DNA of 64,000 nucleotides from the NCBI GenBank assembly GCA_002269645.1, contig NIVC01000799.1, positions 154,720 through 218,719 on the forward strand, written 5' to 3'. Each line of letters opens with the position of its first letter. Positions within the stretch are counted from its first letter, which is position 1. Both the position numbers and the translations under genes were made by a program. The notes below the pieces were generated by a model. The model saw only the letters and a list, made by a program, of their open reading frames with translations, was not told the DNA's origin and did not search any database. This DNA comes from Macrostomum lignano. Taxonomy: Eukaryota. Positions 44,657-61,330 of the stretch are shown here, piece after piece.

Positions 44657-47600
44657 TTATTCGCCTTGACCTTCGGACTCGCCGCCGGGGACGCCACCGG
44701 AGGTTGAAGAGGGAGCGGCCGCGGCCGCGGCTGCAGCGGCGGCGGCTGCGGAGGCGGCGGCCACGGCGGCGGCGGCTTCCTGGCCGGCCCAGAGCTGGGA
44801 CAGCATGGCCACAGGCACCGGCATCCACACGCAGCCGGGCGGGGAGAACGGCGACCCGTTGCTTGCATACGACGACGAGGCGGCGGTGAGGCCAGCGGCT
44901 GCGGCGTGCGGCGGAGCCGGCTGCTGATGGCTCAGGCCGTGGCTTGACGCTGACGGCGAGGCAGCCGCGGCAGCGACAGGATCCGCGGACTGATGCGTCG
45001 GCGGCGGCTGGTGCGGCTGCGTCGGTGTCAGCGACGGCCTCTTGAACAGCTTCTGCAGGCGGATGTGCTCTGCCAGCTTCTTCATGTTGGCCGCGTGCCG
45101 GCTGGAGTGCAGGAAAGCCGGGGGGCCGCCGCCGCTGCCGCCGCCTCCGCCGCTGCCGCTTCCTCCTGCGGCTGCAGCCGCTCCGCCAGCGAGCTCGAGA
45201 GTCAGCCATTGGATGTAGCTGCTGGGCAAGCCGCCGCCGCCGCTGCTGCCGCTCTCTGGCGAGTCGGCAGCCGACGCCGCTGTCGCTGCTCCGACTGTCG
45301 GCTCGGTTTTGATGCGAGGAGTCGAGCCGGCAGTAGAATTCGCTCCGGACGCTGCCGAGTCCACCGGCGACTCGTGGCAGCGGCAAGCGCAGCAGGGCCG
45401 CTTGGCCGGCGGAGACTCCGGCGATCTGGCGGAGGCAGCGGCGGCGGCGGCGGATTCGGGCGAACGGAGCCGCTTAGACAGCGCCAAAGGCTGCGGCTGC
45501 GGCGGGGTTGACGCTGCTGACGACGCTAGCAAGGCTGCGGCTGCTGCAGCCGCGTGCGGCAGACTGAGATCGAGGCCTTGGTGCTGCTGCTGATGCTGCT
45601 GGATATGATGATGCTGCCACAGCCTCCTGGGCTGGTGGGTCAGCACCGCTGGCTGCGGGGGCGGAGTCAGCGACTCGGTCGGCTGATGCTGAAGCTGTTG
45701 AGGCGGCTGCGGCTGCTTCTGCAACAACGGGACGGGAATCGCCGCCTGCGGCTCTTCGAGCTGCGGAGAGGCCGGCAAATCGTCGTCCACCGCTTCGAGC
45801 TTCGGGCTGACTCCGTCAGACGGTGTCGCGATGCTCGACGCCGCTGCCGCCGCGGCCGCCGCGGTGCCAAGTGACCTCGGCGCCCTCAGTACGCTGTCGC
45901 TTAAACCGACAAATCTGTACACAAACTTCTGCCCCTGGACCTTCTTGATGATGTTCTTCTGGTAATAGTACCTCAGCGCCCGGGACAGCTTGTCGTAGTT
46001 CATCCGGTGGTTCTTGTTCTTCCGCATGCCCCACAGCCGGGCCACCTCCTCGGCTCTCAGCAGCTGGAACTCGCCCTCCCGGTTGGTCCACTGGATCACG
46101 TGCGAGTACTGCCGGCTCATCAGCAGCTCCAGCAGGAACTGCCACAGCGTGACGTTCACCTCGCCTTGCAACGGCGGCGAAGAACCGTCGGCGCCGACGC
46201 CGATCCGACGCCACCGACGCCGCCGCCAGTGCTGGTGACACTGCCGGCGCCTCCGACGCCGATCGCGCCACTGAGGTCCATGCCTGCAGCAGCGGCTTGG
46301 GAGTCTTCGCATAGGCTGCGGCTGGCGCGGGCGAGCTGCGAATAGAATTCATTTAAATTATCATCATCATTAGGAATTCGAGTATAATTTATACTTTTGT
46401 ATGTATATTATATAGCCATTGTAATTAGCTCTGGGAAATTATTATTAAGGTTAGACTCTCTCGCGTTAATTTTGGTGACCTCGTGATAATTCTAGCGACG
46501 TCATGATCATTTCGGTGACCTCATTATCACTTTGATGACCTCATGATCGTTTGGTGACCTCATGATCATTTTGGTGACGTCATGATCATTTTGGTGACCT
46601 ATGATCATTTTGGTTACCTCATGGTCATTTTGGTGACCTCATGATCATTTTAATAACCTCATGATCATTTTGGTGACCTCATGGTCATTTTGGTGACCTC
46701 ATGATCATTTTGGTGACCTCATTATCACTTTAACGACCTCATGATCATTTTGGTGACGTCATGATCATTTTGGTGACCTATGATCATTTTGGTTACCTCA
46801 TGGTCATTTTGGTGACCTCATGATCAGTTTGCTGACCTCACGGTCATTTTGGTGACCTCATGATCAGTTTGGTGACCTCATGATCATTTTTGTGACCTCG
46901 TGATCTTTTGGTTACCTCGTGATCATTTTGGTGACCTCATTATCATTTTAGTGACCTTGTGATCATTTTGGCGACCTCATGCTCAGTTTGGTGACCTCGA
47001 AATCACTCTAGCGACCTCATGATTATTTTGGTGACCTGATGATCATTTTGGTAACCTCGTGATCATTTTAGTGACCTCGTGATTTTTTGGTTACCTCGTG
47101 ATCATTTTGGTTACTTCATTATCATTTTAGTGACCTCGTGATCGTTTTGGTTACCTCGTGATCATTTTGGCGACCTCATGTTTATTTTGGCGCCCTAAAT
47201 GACAGCCTATGAACAATCTTTGTTTTTCTTTGTGCGTGATCTGATCTGACAAGCCTAATACTTATATAGTCATCAAACAGACTTAAATACTACAACTATG
47301 TGCTGCTATAAATAGCATCAAGAATTCACGACATGACACAACAGATTCCAAGGCACAAAAACCACAGGAATGCTGTTCGATAACAATCTATGTTATCCAT
47401 GGCGAACGAACTAACCATGGACGCCCGATGGTAGTGATCTGGACTAGAAGCTTTCTCTGTAAACTTCAAAAGGCTTTCCATTCTGTTCCAGATCATTATA
47501 TCCTAGGCGTCCATGGCTAGCAATAACTGCAGATTGTTTACTTACTATAGTATAGTTTCGTAATAGTAATAGTAATAGTAATTATAGTGATAGCAATAGT

Positions 47601-49737
47601 AATGCATTAGAATAGAAATGATTGTCTCAAAAAAGGAAATTCAAAAAGATAAGTTCTTTAAGATGCAGCATTGGCAGCGGCGCCAGAGAGAGGTGCCATT
47701 TTAATTATGAGTTTGTGCCACTTTGAATCTGAGAGGTGCCATTTTCATTGAGTTTGTGCCACTTTGAATCTGAGAGGTGCCATTTTCATTGAGTTTGTGC
47801 CACTTTGAATCTGAGAGGTGCCATTTTCATTGAGTTTGTGCCACTTTGAATCTGAGAGGTGCCATTTTCATTGAGTTTGTGCCACTTTGAATCTGAGAGG
47901 TGCCATTTTCATTGAGTTTGTGCCACTTTGAATCTGAGAGGTGCCATTTTTGTCATTTCAGCGCCACTTTGAATCTGAGAGGTGCCATTTTTACATGCAA
48001 TGTAAAATAAGAGTTGCTTCGATGAAAATCATGCCAACCATTAACCAAACCAACTTCCTCACTAACAGCTGTTCAGCCCTGCGCGACACACGATTAGTGG
48101 TAATTTTAATATATTCGATGCTAATTTTTATAACTTTGCTATCCACACACACTAAATTTAGGTTTAGTAAAAAGGATCACCTTAGTTTATGCCTTGGTAC
48201 TGGCAAGCAGAACTGCGCAGCCGGGGTCTCTTGATTTCAAGTCCTTATTAGGAATTTTTTAAGGTTATGCCCGTGGTAAAGACGATTTTGAGTGCTTTGG
48301 GTTATGCTATGTTGGAGTTTTTTATGATAATTTATGACACCAACCAGCTCAGCTTCGTTCGAAAATTGACTATGGAATATTTGAACTCGTAAACACTTGT
48401 GCACACTAATTGCTCCATATATATAAGCACCCCTAGAAACCGGTCTGGTGTCTCAGCAAGAAACCTCAAAAAGCAATTTGACACCTAAAGAAGCGATGTG
48501 GCGTCTGAAAAAGCAATGTGGCGCCTCTTAAACGCGCCGAAAAGCAATCTGGCGCCTCGGATAGAAATCTGGCACCTAAGAGGGCAATCTGACGCCTCAA
48601 AAAGCTATTAAAAAGCTATTAAAGCACCTCTAAAAGCAATCTAAGCACCTCTAAAAGCAATCTAAGCGCCTCTAAAAGCAACCTGAAACCTCTAAAAGCA
48701 ACCTGACGCCTCAAAAAGCAACCTGGTGCCAAAAAGCAATCTAAGCGCCTCTAAAAGCAATCTAAGCGCCTCTAAAAGCAACCTGAAACCTCTAAAAGCA
48801 ACCTGAAACCTCTAAAAGCAACCTGAAACCTCTAAAAGCAACCTGAAACCTCTAAAAGCAACCTGACGCCTCAAAAAGCAACCTGGTGCCTAAAAAGCAA
48901 TCTAAGCGCCTCTAAAAGCAATCTAAGCGCCTCTAAAAGCAACCTGAAACCTCTAAAAGCAACCTGAAACCTCTAAAAGCAACCTGACGCCTCAAAAAGC
49001 AACCTGGTGCCGAAAAAGCAATCTAAGCGCCTCTAAAAGCAATCTAAGCGCCTCTAAAAGCAACCTGAAACCTCTAAAAGCAACCTGAAACCTCTAAAAG
49101 CAACCTGAAACCTCTAAAAGCAACCTGACGCCTCAAAAAGCAACCTGGTGCCGAAAAAGCAATCTAAGCGCCTCTAAAAGCAATCTAAGCGCCTCAAAAA
49201 GCAACATGGCATCTCAAAAAGCAATCTAAGCGCCTCAAAAAGCAACATGGCACCTCAAAAAGCAACTTGGAACCTCAAAAAGCAACCCGACGCCTCAAAA
49301 ATTCAACATGGCGCCTCTTAAAAGAAACCTAGCGGCCTCAAAAGGCAATCTGGTGCTTTAAAAACCTAGGCGGAGACCCAAAAAAAATCAAAGGGGGGAC
49401 CAAGCGATTCGACCTGTTAGTGTCGTGTCAATTTATTAGTGAAAATTAAACGGAAAAGTTTAATATCATGTTAAAATATTAACTATACAGGACAGGAAAT
49501 TTGCCAGTAACTCACCCATGCGCTGGCCTCCTCGCTCCCAATCTCGTCGGCGGATCCGAAGTCGCCGTCCTCATCTGAGGACAAAGCCTGCTCTGCCGGA
49601 TGACTGTTATTATTATGGTTATTGTTATTATTGTTAAAATTATTGTTGTCTTCGCCGTCGCTGCTGTGCCGACTGTGATTGTTGTGGCGGTGACGGCGAA
49701 GATCTTCGCTAGCCGCAGCAGCCGATTCAGTCTCCAT
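44657..49737 (-). CDS. ELK: ETS-domain transcription factor of the Elk/TCF (ELK1/3/4, lin-1) class; apparent 1-nt frameshift near 46203
   Basis: ETS domain [55 protein letters not shown]. Exon 49737-49516 (METES..ASAW|gtgagt, phase 0) splices in frame to the exon starting at 46335 ([19 protein letters not shown]..), which needs one extra nt at GGA-TC-GGC to reach the ETS frame ending at TAA 44657. The C-terminus has poly-Ala/Gln, GLDLS/PLALS, IKTE and many SP/TP sites. Confidence 0.88.
46490..47190. repeat. 20-bp intronic minisatellite
   Basis: catgatcattttggtgacct variants. Confidence 0.9.
47700..47990. repeat. 41-bp intronic tandem repeat
   Basis: gagtttgtgccactttgaatctgagaggtgccattttcatt x ~7. 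Confidence 0.9.
48480..49350. repeat. 20-21-bp intronic minisatellite with higher-order pattern
   Basis: ctctaaaagcaacctgaaac / ctctaaaagcaatctaagcgc units. Confidence 0.9.
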
Positions 49738-49933
49738 GAGTTGGTTTTTAGCTTCGGCTTGCGGTAGAACGGACTTAAAAAGTTTCGCTGTTCAAAGTCC
49801 TGCCTGCTCACTATAGGGGACTCTCCCTTCCTCCAGCGGGCTCACTTCTGCTCTGCTCTGCGGGTCCTGGCGTCAGCTCAGCTCTGGTAAACAGGGCTAC
49901 GGACTACGGTTAAATGAAGACCCGAAAATGGAA

Positions 49934-50238
49934 CAGGAAGTGGCAGGGTTTTAAGGAGCAGGAAGTTGGAGCGGACAGGCCAATCCAGTCGGGCTTCGAT
50001 TTCCTGCAGCTCGGCTCGGAGCGGAAGCAAGCGAATCCGCCGAGCCTTATTAAACAGCGGAAGTCGGTAGGATTCATTTCCGCTCTAGCGAGGACACCCC
50101 ACCCATAATCAAGGCAAGCAGGAAGTCAGGCCCGAACTGAGGGGGAGGGTTGGTCTGGGTGAGGGAGGCAAGAAAGAGAGCTTTGGCTAGGGCAGTTGAG
50201 GCAGGAAGCGCCGGAGCACATGAGCCATACGCTTCCTG
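49934..50238. promoter_or_regulatory. Homotypic cluster of ETS-binding-like sites upstream of the Elk gene
   Basis: Nine (A/C)GGAA(G/A)(T/C) sites in about 305 bp: 49934, 49959, 49999rc, 50021, 50057, 50076rc, 50119, 50202 and 50231rc. Confidence 0.55.
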
Positions 50239-52820
50239 CTGTACGCGTCCGCGTGTACCCCTCCTCTCTCCCTTTCCTTTCCTTTTTAGCCTCCGCTATG
50301 CTCTTGTCCTTTCTCTCTGCTAGACCCCCAGCCAACCCTACCTCCGCTGCAAACAACCCCAACCTCCCCACGCGACGCTTGCCTTCAATGCGTGCGGGGC
50401 GGGGGGGGCTTCTAAAACGTCACCCCTCCACACACCCCTCTCCCCCCGTCGCCTCTCTCCTTCGCCCCCCTCCCCCACCTTGGCCTTTACAACCCAAGCC
50501 AAGGAAAGACCGTTTTTATTCCTGCCCCGTCCTCTCTGACACCCCTGCGCCCTCCTCTCTCTCCGTGCTATCTAATGAAATGTATAGCGCCAGCCAGTGG
50601 GTGTGTGGGTGGATGGGGGCGCGCGAGAGAGAAGAGAGAGAGAGAACGAGAGAAAAGCTGAGGTGGCCTGTCGCGTCGCGTGGCGTGGCAGCCGTGGCTG
50701 ACGTGTGTGAGCGTGAGTGAGCGAAGGTTTTTCACCCCCTCCCCCAAACCCTGATCCACGCAGCCTACCCGCAATCCAATAGGACGAGCCCGGAGGGTTA
50801 GATAGGCTGATAGATGCACGACGGGAGGGTTCAGTTCAGAACTCCGAAGGGTTACACCGAGAGGAGGAGGCTGCGGAGAGTTGGGCATTGGAGAGGCTGA
50901 GGAGACGGAATCTGGGTCTGGGTCTTAATGGCGAGTCTCACAGCCCCCCCCCATTCTTTTTCCGCATCCTCCCCAAACCAACCTCCGAAAGGGAGCGGAA
51001 AGAGATGGGGCCTAGGAGGTTGGGGGTAGGACCTTTATGTATGTAAGTATATAGTATATGTAAGTATATGTATATAGTATACGACTTATACGGGCGGAAG
51101 ATGAGGGTAAGAGGAAGGAAGGAAACTGGGCGATGGGGTGGGTTTAGGAGATCACAAAAAAGCCTTGGGATCCTTGGGGCCCGGGGCCGGAGGTCGGAGG
51201 AGGAAACTGCCGGTGCTGGACTAAGAGGAAGAGAAGAGGAAATGCGACTGGGAGGAAGCTGGAGGGAAACGTAGTGGCGGGAGGGCCGATCCACTTCCTC
51301 TCCCGGCCACAGCCAGGCTTTTGGCTAGCCCCACCCCATCCTCCGAATCCCCCATTCCGGATACCTGAGCGTGTGCAGAAGGAAGCAGCTGAGTTAGGCA
51401 ATCCTTCCCCCATACCGAGATGGGGAGCTTTGGAAGCTGCTGAGAGGATGGATTATATGCTGCTTTAGCTCTCTGGTCCCCTCCCAGATTCTCTCTACCT
51501 AATCCATCTCTCCTTCCTCATTTACTGGGACTTGGAGGTAGGAGATGGGCTGACTGACAAGCGGGAAGTGGAAATAGCCGCTCGGACCTCGGGAGCCCCC
51601 CCCCCCTCGAAGGAGAAAAAGGGCCTTGGCGGGACAAAGTGGGAAATTCATCCGCACGCTGGTGAGGTGGTTGGCGGCGGGGATTCCGGATCGAAAAATT
51701 GCCCCCACCCTGCCCGCTCACCCGCCTCCCCATTATTCTACATTTGCTTTTCCCTTTCTGAGGTAGCAGAACCCGGTCGCCTGAGGAGGGTTAGAAATTT
51801 TCACCTGAGAAGGCAGGAAGCAGTATAGGTTGATGGTGGAAGCTGGCCGAGGAAATTCCATGGAGGCATTCGTCTCGGTTAAGCCTGTCTGAGTTCCCGT
51901 CCCAGCCTCCGCCCCATCAGAGGGTCCCCTGGGATCGCCTATTATGCAGGCATTAGGTTATTTTTTCAATTTTGCTAGCGTAAATTTCAAGGTCTCTCCA
52001 ATGCATGCTGCTTGGACAGATCAGTTTTGCGTATTCAGATATTTGTTGATATTTTTGTTGGTGATTTGTAAACAAAATACGTTTATCATTTGTGTTTACT
52101 ATATCGCGTTTTATGATGGTAAATGCAGCGGGCAATAGTCAGAGGGAGGCGCCATCTTGGGGCGCCATCGTGGGAGCACCCAGCATTAAGGGGCGCCACA
52201 GCTGCTGCAAAGGGGGCGCTTATTCAGTTTGGCTGCCATAGTTTTTCCCACCCTTACTTTGGATGCCCCCAGCTACACCCCTTGGTAAATGAAAGTGCTT
52301 CCGCTATCGGTAGGCATAACACCCTCCGTTGGTTCTAGTAGGGCAGATAATCTGATTTTTTCTTTAGAATAAGTTTTCTTCATTCTCTGTATGTATTTCC
52401 TCGCTTCCGTTCAATAACGCCGGAAGACAAAGCTTTCCATTTTCAAAGCTCTTTCAGCCCCTGCCCCCCCCTCAAGAGAGTGAGTAGCTGCAGAAGCTCT
52501 GACTCATCCGCCACACTTCTTTCTGCTCCGCTGAGCTTTACTTCCGAGTCCGCGGCTTTGTCCCGAACCCCCACCCCACATCCGATCCGGCCACCGGACT
52601 CAAAATGGGAAGTATGGGGGCGAAACGCAGCGTTTACTTGGCGTCTTAGCAAGTTAGCAAAACTAATACTATTAATGAGCTATAACGTCTACTAATTAAA
52701 AGTAGGCAGTTCAGCGTGCTTATAAGAAATCGCGCCATATTAAAACACGTTCGTATTTGTCAATTGGCCCCTCTAATGATGACTACAATCAATCTGGAGT
52801 CAACGACAATGACATATCAG

Positions 52821-55070
52821 CAGTGGCGCGTCCAAGGGGGGGCTAGGGGGGGCCTGGGCCCCCCAATTAAGCCACGGGCCCCCCCTGTGGCCCCCCCCCA
52901 ATTAAGCCACAGGCCCCCGTGGCCCACCCCCACTTTCAGTTTTTTTTCACTTTGAATTTTCCAAAAAATAGTTTGAAAAACCCATTTTTTTCTTTTTTGC
53001 AATTTTAATTTTAGAAACAATAGTTTTTATACGAGCACTTGTAAGCTGTTGAAACCTGTGGATCTTGAACCCGTGGAATTCCAATCCCGGGAATTATTTT
53101 CGCACATTCTAGAATTTGAAGTCATACTCAAAAAAAAACTTGTTAATAGTTAGGATGGAGATGAACATAAAATGGAGTAAATTCATGTAAAATTAAGATT
53201 TGAGGCAAGCATTGATCTCGTTGGCTAGGATGCTGTGCAGAATATCAGGCAATGTTGATCTAAAGCATGTATGTATTGGAAAAGTCAGGAAAACTCTGAC
53301 CTCTGCCTCTGCCTCTCTCTACATGTACGTCCCTTGGATCCTTTGAAACTTCTATCTTTGCTTCTGTTTCCTCTCTTTTCTCTCATCTTTCGTCTCTCCT
53401 GTCATCTCTTCTTTCCTCTTTCCTCTCTTCTCTCTCCCCTCTTCTTTTGTCTCTTCCCCCACCTCTCTTCTCTCACGTCTTTTCTCATCTCTTCCCTGTT
53501 CTTTCCTCTCTCCTCTTTCCTCACTTTTTTTCTCTCTGCTCTCCTCTCTCCTCTTTCCCCTCTACTCTTGTCTCTTCCCTTTCCTCTCTTTTCTCTCCTC
53601 TCTTCTCTTCTCTCTCATCTCTCTCATCTCATATCTTCTCTCTTATTTCCTCTCTCCTCTCTCCTCTTACTTATCTCTCTGCTCTCCACTCCCCATCTCT
53701 CTTCCCTCTACTTTCTCCCCTCTCCATTCTCTTCTTTCCTCTCCCCTTTCTCCCCTGTTGTCAATTCTCTCCCCTCTTCTCTCTTTACTCCACTTCTTTC
53801 TCCCTTTGTATCTCTTCCCTACTCTCTCCTCTCATCTCCATAATCTCTTCTCTGTCCTCTGTTCTCTCTACTCTCCCATCTCTTGTCTGTTTACTCTCGT
53901 CTCTGTTCTCTGTTCTCCCCTCTCTCTTCTGTCAACTTTAATCTCTTATATGTTCTCTCATGTCTTTCCCCTGTACTCTTTTATTTCCCGTCTTTGACTC
54001 CTCTCTTTCCTTTCTCCTCTCTTCTCTTCTCTTGTCTCTTCTCTTCTCTCTCCACTCTCCTCTCTCTTCTCTTTCATATCTCATTTCTCATTTCTTCTGT
54101 CATCTCTACCACCTTATCTATTTTCTCTTAACTTTACTCTTTCGTCTCTCATTTTTCTTCTTTTATCTTTGCTTGCTCTCTTTTCTCTTCTCATTTCTCT
54201 CTGCTCTCCACTCTCTCCCCTCTTCTCACTTCTCACTCTCCCATCTCTCAAAACTTCCCTCCTCTTCTCTCTCTCCTCACTTCTTTCTACTTCTCTGCTC
54301 TCATTTCTCATCTCTCCTATTTATCTCCTCTCTCCCTGATCTCTAATCTGTACTATCCCTTTTAACATCTCTTCTCTCTTCTCTCTGCTTGCTTATCTCC
54401 ACCCTTTCTAATCTCTCCCTTCTCCACTCGCATCTTTCTACTCTCTCCTATCTACTCTCTCCTCTCTCATCTCTACTCTCTTCTATCTGCTCTCTACTTT
54501 CTCCCATCTTTTCTCTCTTCTCTCATCTCTACTCTCTTCTGTCTCCTCTCTTTATCCCTTATCCTATCTACTTCATCCTATCTACTCTCTCCTCTCTCAT
54601 TTCTTCTCTCTATTCTCTCCCTCTTCTCACCTCTACTCTCTCCTCCTATTTATCCCTCCCTACTCTCTCCCCTTCTTCTCTGCCCTCTCCTCTCAGTAAA
54701 AATATATACTCTGCAGAGATTAGCCAATAATTAAATGAACCAACAGAGTTTTTTGATGAGAATCTGCCAGGAAAAGTAAACTGTAAAGTTCAATGAAATT
54801 GTGTTTAGCTTTCTATTCAAAAATTTTCCAATTGCAAATCCTAAAAAGTGTTCTTGGGCAAAAAACATTTAGAATGTTAGTTAAATCAACTTAGCTATAG
54901 CATTCATTCTTTGCGAGATCTTTTTTGGATGTAATTTTTACTTTTCGGTAAAAATTAGCTTTTATAATAATTAAAAAACTCAATTCAAGATGTTGGTATT
55001 GCCCCTTCAGTTTTTACTGGGCCTTAACTGGGCCCCCCCCCCCATCCTGAAAACTCTGGACGCGCCCCTG
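52821..55070. mobile_element. Non-autonomous hAT-like DNA transposon (2.25 kb) with CT-rich cargo
   Basis: TIRs CAGTGGCGCGTCCA...TGGACGCGCCCCTG and a perfect 8-bp TSD CATATCAG (52813-52820 and 55071-55078). The interior at 53290-54700 is CT-rich low complexity. Confidence 0.85.
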
Positions 55071-55181
55071 CATATCAGCTTTCTATATTAAAACCCCCGA
55101 CTTTTATGACGGTTAAATTGTTTTTCTCTCATTACTGTGGCTATGAAATCAACAAACAGCCACTTTGGTTTTTTGTCTCAC

Positions 55182-58284
<3,103 letters not shown>

Positions 58285-59177
58285 TTGCGGTACTATTTCT
58301 GGTTATTGTACTGGTGATCCTGAACCAATGTCACTTCCGGTGATTGTCCAAGTGATTTTCAACCAACGTCACTTCCGGTGATAGTCCAAGTGATTTTAAA
58401 CCTTGGAGTTTTGAAACCTTTAAGCCAACCGGTTTTTCAAGTGGAATTTCTTATGACCAATCTGCTTTTGCAGGAAGACAAGATTTTGCAGAACTCAGGC
58501 AGTTTCATGTGAGCAATAAGGAAAATTCCTTCATAAAGTTGGCACAGTTTTGCTCTGTTACGGCGACAGTGAATGTCTTCTGGCGCTGCTATAGAAATTT
58601 GGGGCGCCGACGGGGGAAGCAGAAGCAGACCAGGTAAGGAGAGGCATGAGAGAGGAAAGGAATGAGCAGAAGAGATTGCATTGTGCTCTCAGTTGAGGTA
58701 CTGCACTATCATCTCCACGGGAAGGCACTCTTGGTCTTTCTCTGTCCCTTAATTTGCCACCCGTCAAGCTGAGCATTAGCTCATATTTACTATATTGTAG
58801 TAAGTGGCAGTCGGTGAGCTGTCCTGAGTGGCTGGCACCGAACCTGTCCATCTGCTGGCCCCGCTCGCCTTAGGGGGGCAATCTAATTACGGTTGGCATG
58901 GGGAGAAAAATAACTAACCGTATAAAGTGCGCAATCAGAGCTTGCTTTTTCTTCATCGTTCTTTTCTACTCGAGGCACAGTGCGCTGAGAGCCAAATTGA
59001 CTCACAGGAAGGCTTTCTAAGCCTGTCTGGAGTGCTTGAAATGCTGCTCTGAACTGGCGCGTGAGCTGATGATAATGGGCACTTCGCTTGTGCGGCTCAC
59101 ACGAAATCTGAGACACAATTGAGTCTGGAGAGCTTACGGGGCACGGCTCACCTTGAAAATTGTACTTTTGTGTAAAG

Positions 59178-59956
<779 letters not shown>

Positions 59957-60354
59957 GCAACATTAGTTACTATTGTCATATAGGAGCCCAGTTAGTCCGA
60001 AAGAGAACGCCTAAAATTTAGGCATTCCTCGCTGTAGACCCCGGGGGCCAAATCTGTCCGCTTGTCACATCGCTGCACCGTAGCAACTATTTGAACAGAG
60101 CTTTGGGCTTGAGAACAATGCGCCATTCGAATTTGCGCAACTCACACAAAACCATGCAGTCAGCAACCCGGCCTCGCCCAACTGCAAACAGCACCCGTGC
60201 AAATAAAGCGACTTAATCCGTTCTGCCCTTTGCCTTTCCGATAAAAAATTTCTGACATCAATTGTCGATAAGAATCCAACTCCAACTGCGAACTACTATT
60301 AGTAGTACTCATCAGACAGCAAATTTAAGGTTGAGTTTCTTGCAACAAAAGTCC

Positions 60355-60710
60355 AATAAATACCCCATCGATCTGCAAGAGATGAGCAATAAATACCCCA
60401 TCGATATGCAAGAGATAAGCAATAAATACCCCCATCGATCTGCAAGAGATAAGCAATAAATACCCCCATCGATATGCAAGAGATAAGCAATAAATACCCC
60501 ATCGATCTGCAATAGATAAGCATTAAATAACCCACGATCTGCAATAGATAAGCATTAAATACCCCCCGATCTGCAATAGATAAGCATTAAATAACCCACG
60601 ATCTGCAATAGATAAGCATTAAATACCCCCCGATCTGCAATAGATAAGCATTAAATACCCCCCGATCTGCAATGGATAAGCAATAAATACCCCCATCGAT
60701 CTGCAATAGA
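60355..60710. repeat. 33-34-bp minisatellite
   Basis: aataaataccccatcgatctgcaagagataagc variants. Confidence 0.9.
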
Positions 60711-61330
60711 TACCTTGAGTATTAGATAACAAATAGCCATCCATGGTAATTTTGAATGAAGTTAGAAAAGCCATTAAAAGCTTTTTAATGGAAATTTTGT
60801 CCCCTACTGCTTTTTCACTCCTTCCTTATATTTGGCATGATACGGGGGAGCGGCTAGCTAGGGGGAATTCACTTTCATCTAGCTTGTAGTCAGCCTCTCA
60901 GATCTCAATATTCCGCTCCCCTATATGCAGCGCTTCATCATTTAATTTCGTTCTCATTCTCCCTCAGTCGCTGTCCTTTCGTACATCTTCTGCAAATGTT
61001 TCGTCGCGTACAAAAGTTTATCTGGCTATAGTGCCAACTGCCTCTGTTGTGTCTCCAGCCTCCAGCTCTCTTAACAAACTATGCCCTGCTCGAAACTCAT
61101 CCCCTAGAGCCACGGTCTCCCTTCCACAGGCCCAAGCTTCTGATCTGCCTCTTCCCCGACTCGTCCTTCATTGCGCCCCCAGCAACGCTTGACATCGATC
61201 GGGAAGAAATTTGCCTGCCAGTCGGCCCAGAGCTCTACTCGCGAAGGCGTCATCTCGACAAAAAAAGACATCCCGGCCGATTACCAGCGACCAAGTGCTA
61301 AAGGCAATTCTGCCAATTCCGCTGACTTTT

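Noticed and set aside
44511-46352. Arg/Pro-rich overlapping ORFs of 290 aa and shorter
   Set aside because: Alternative-frame and antisense shadows of the GC-rich Elk exon.
48243-48252. CArG box CCTTATTAGG in the Elk intron
   Set aside because: One 10-mer in AT-rich DNA is expected by chance.
53271-54730. Long Leu/Ser/Phe-rich membrane-like ORFs (also 16777-17418 and 62840-63522)
   Set aside because: Translation artefacts of CT/GA low-complexity DNA.
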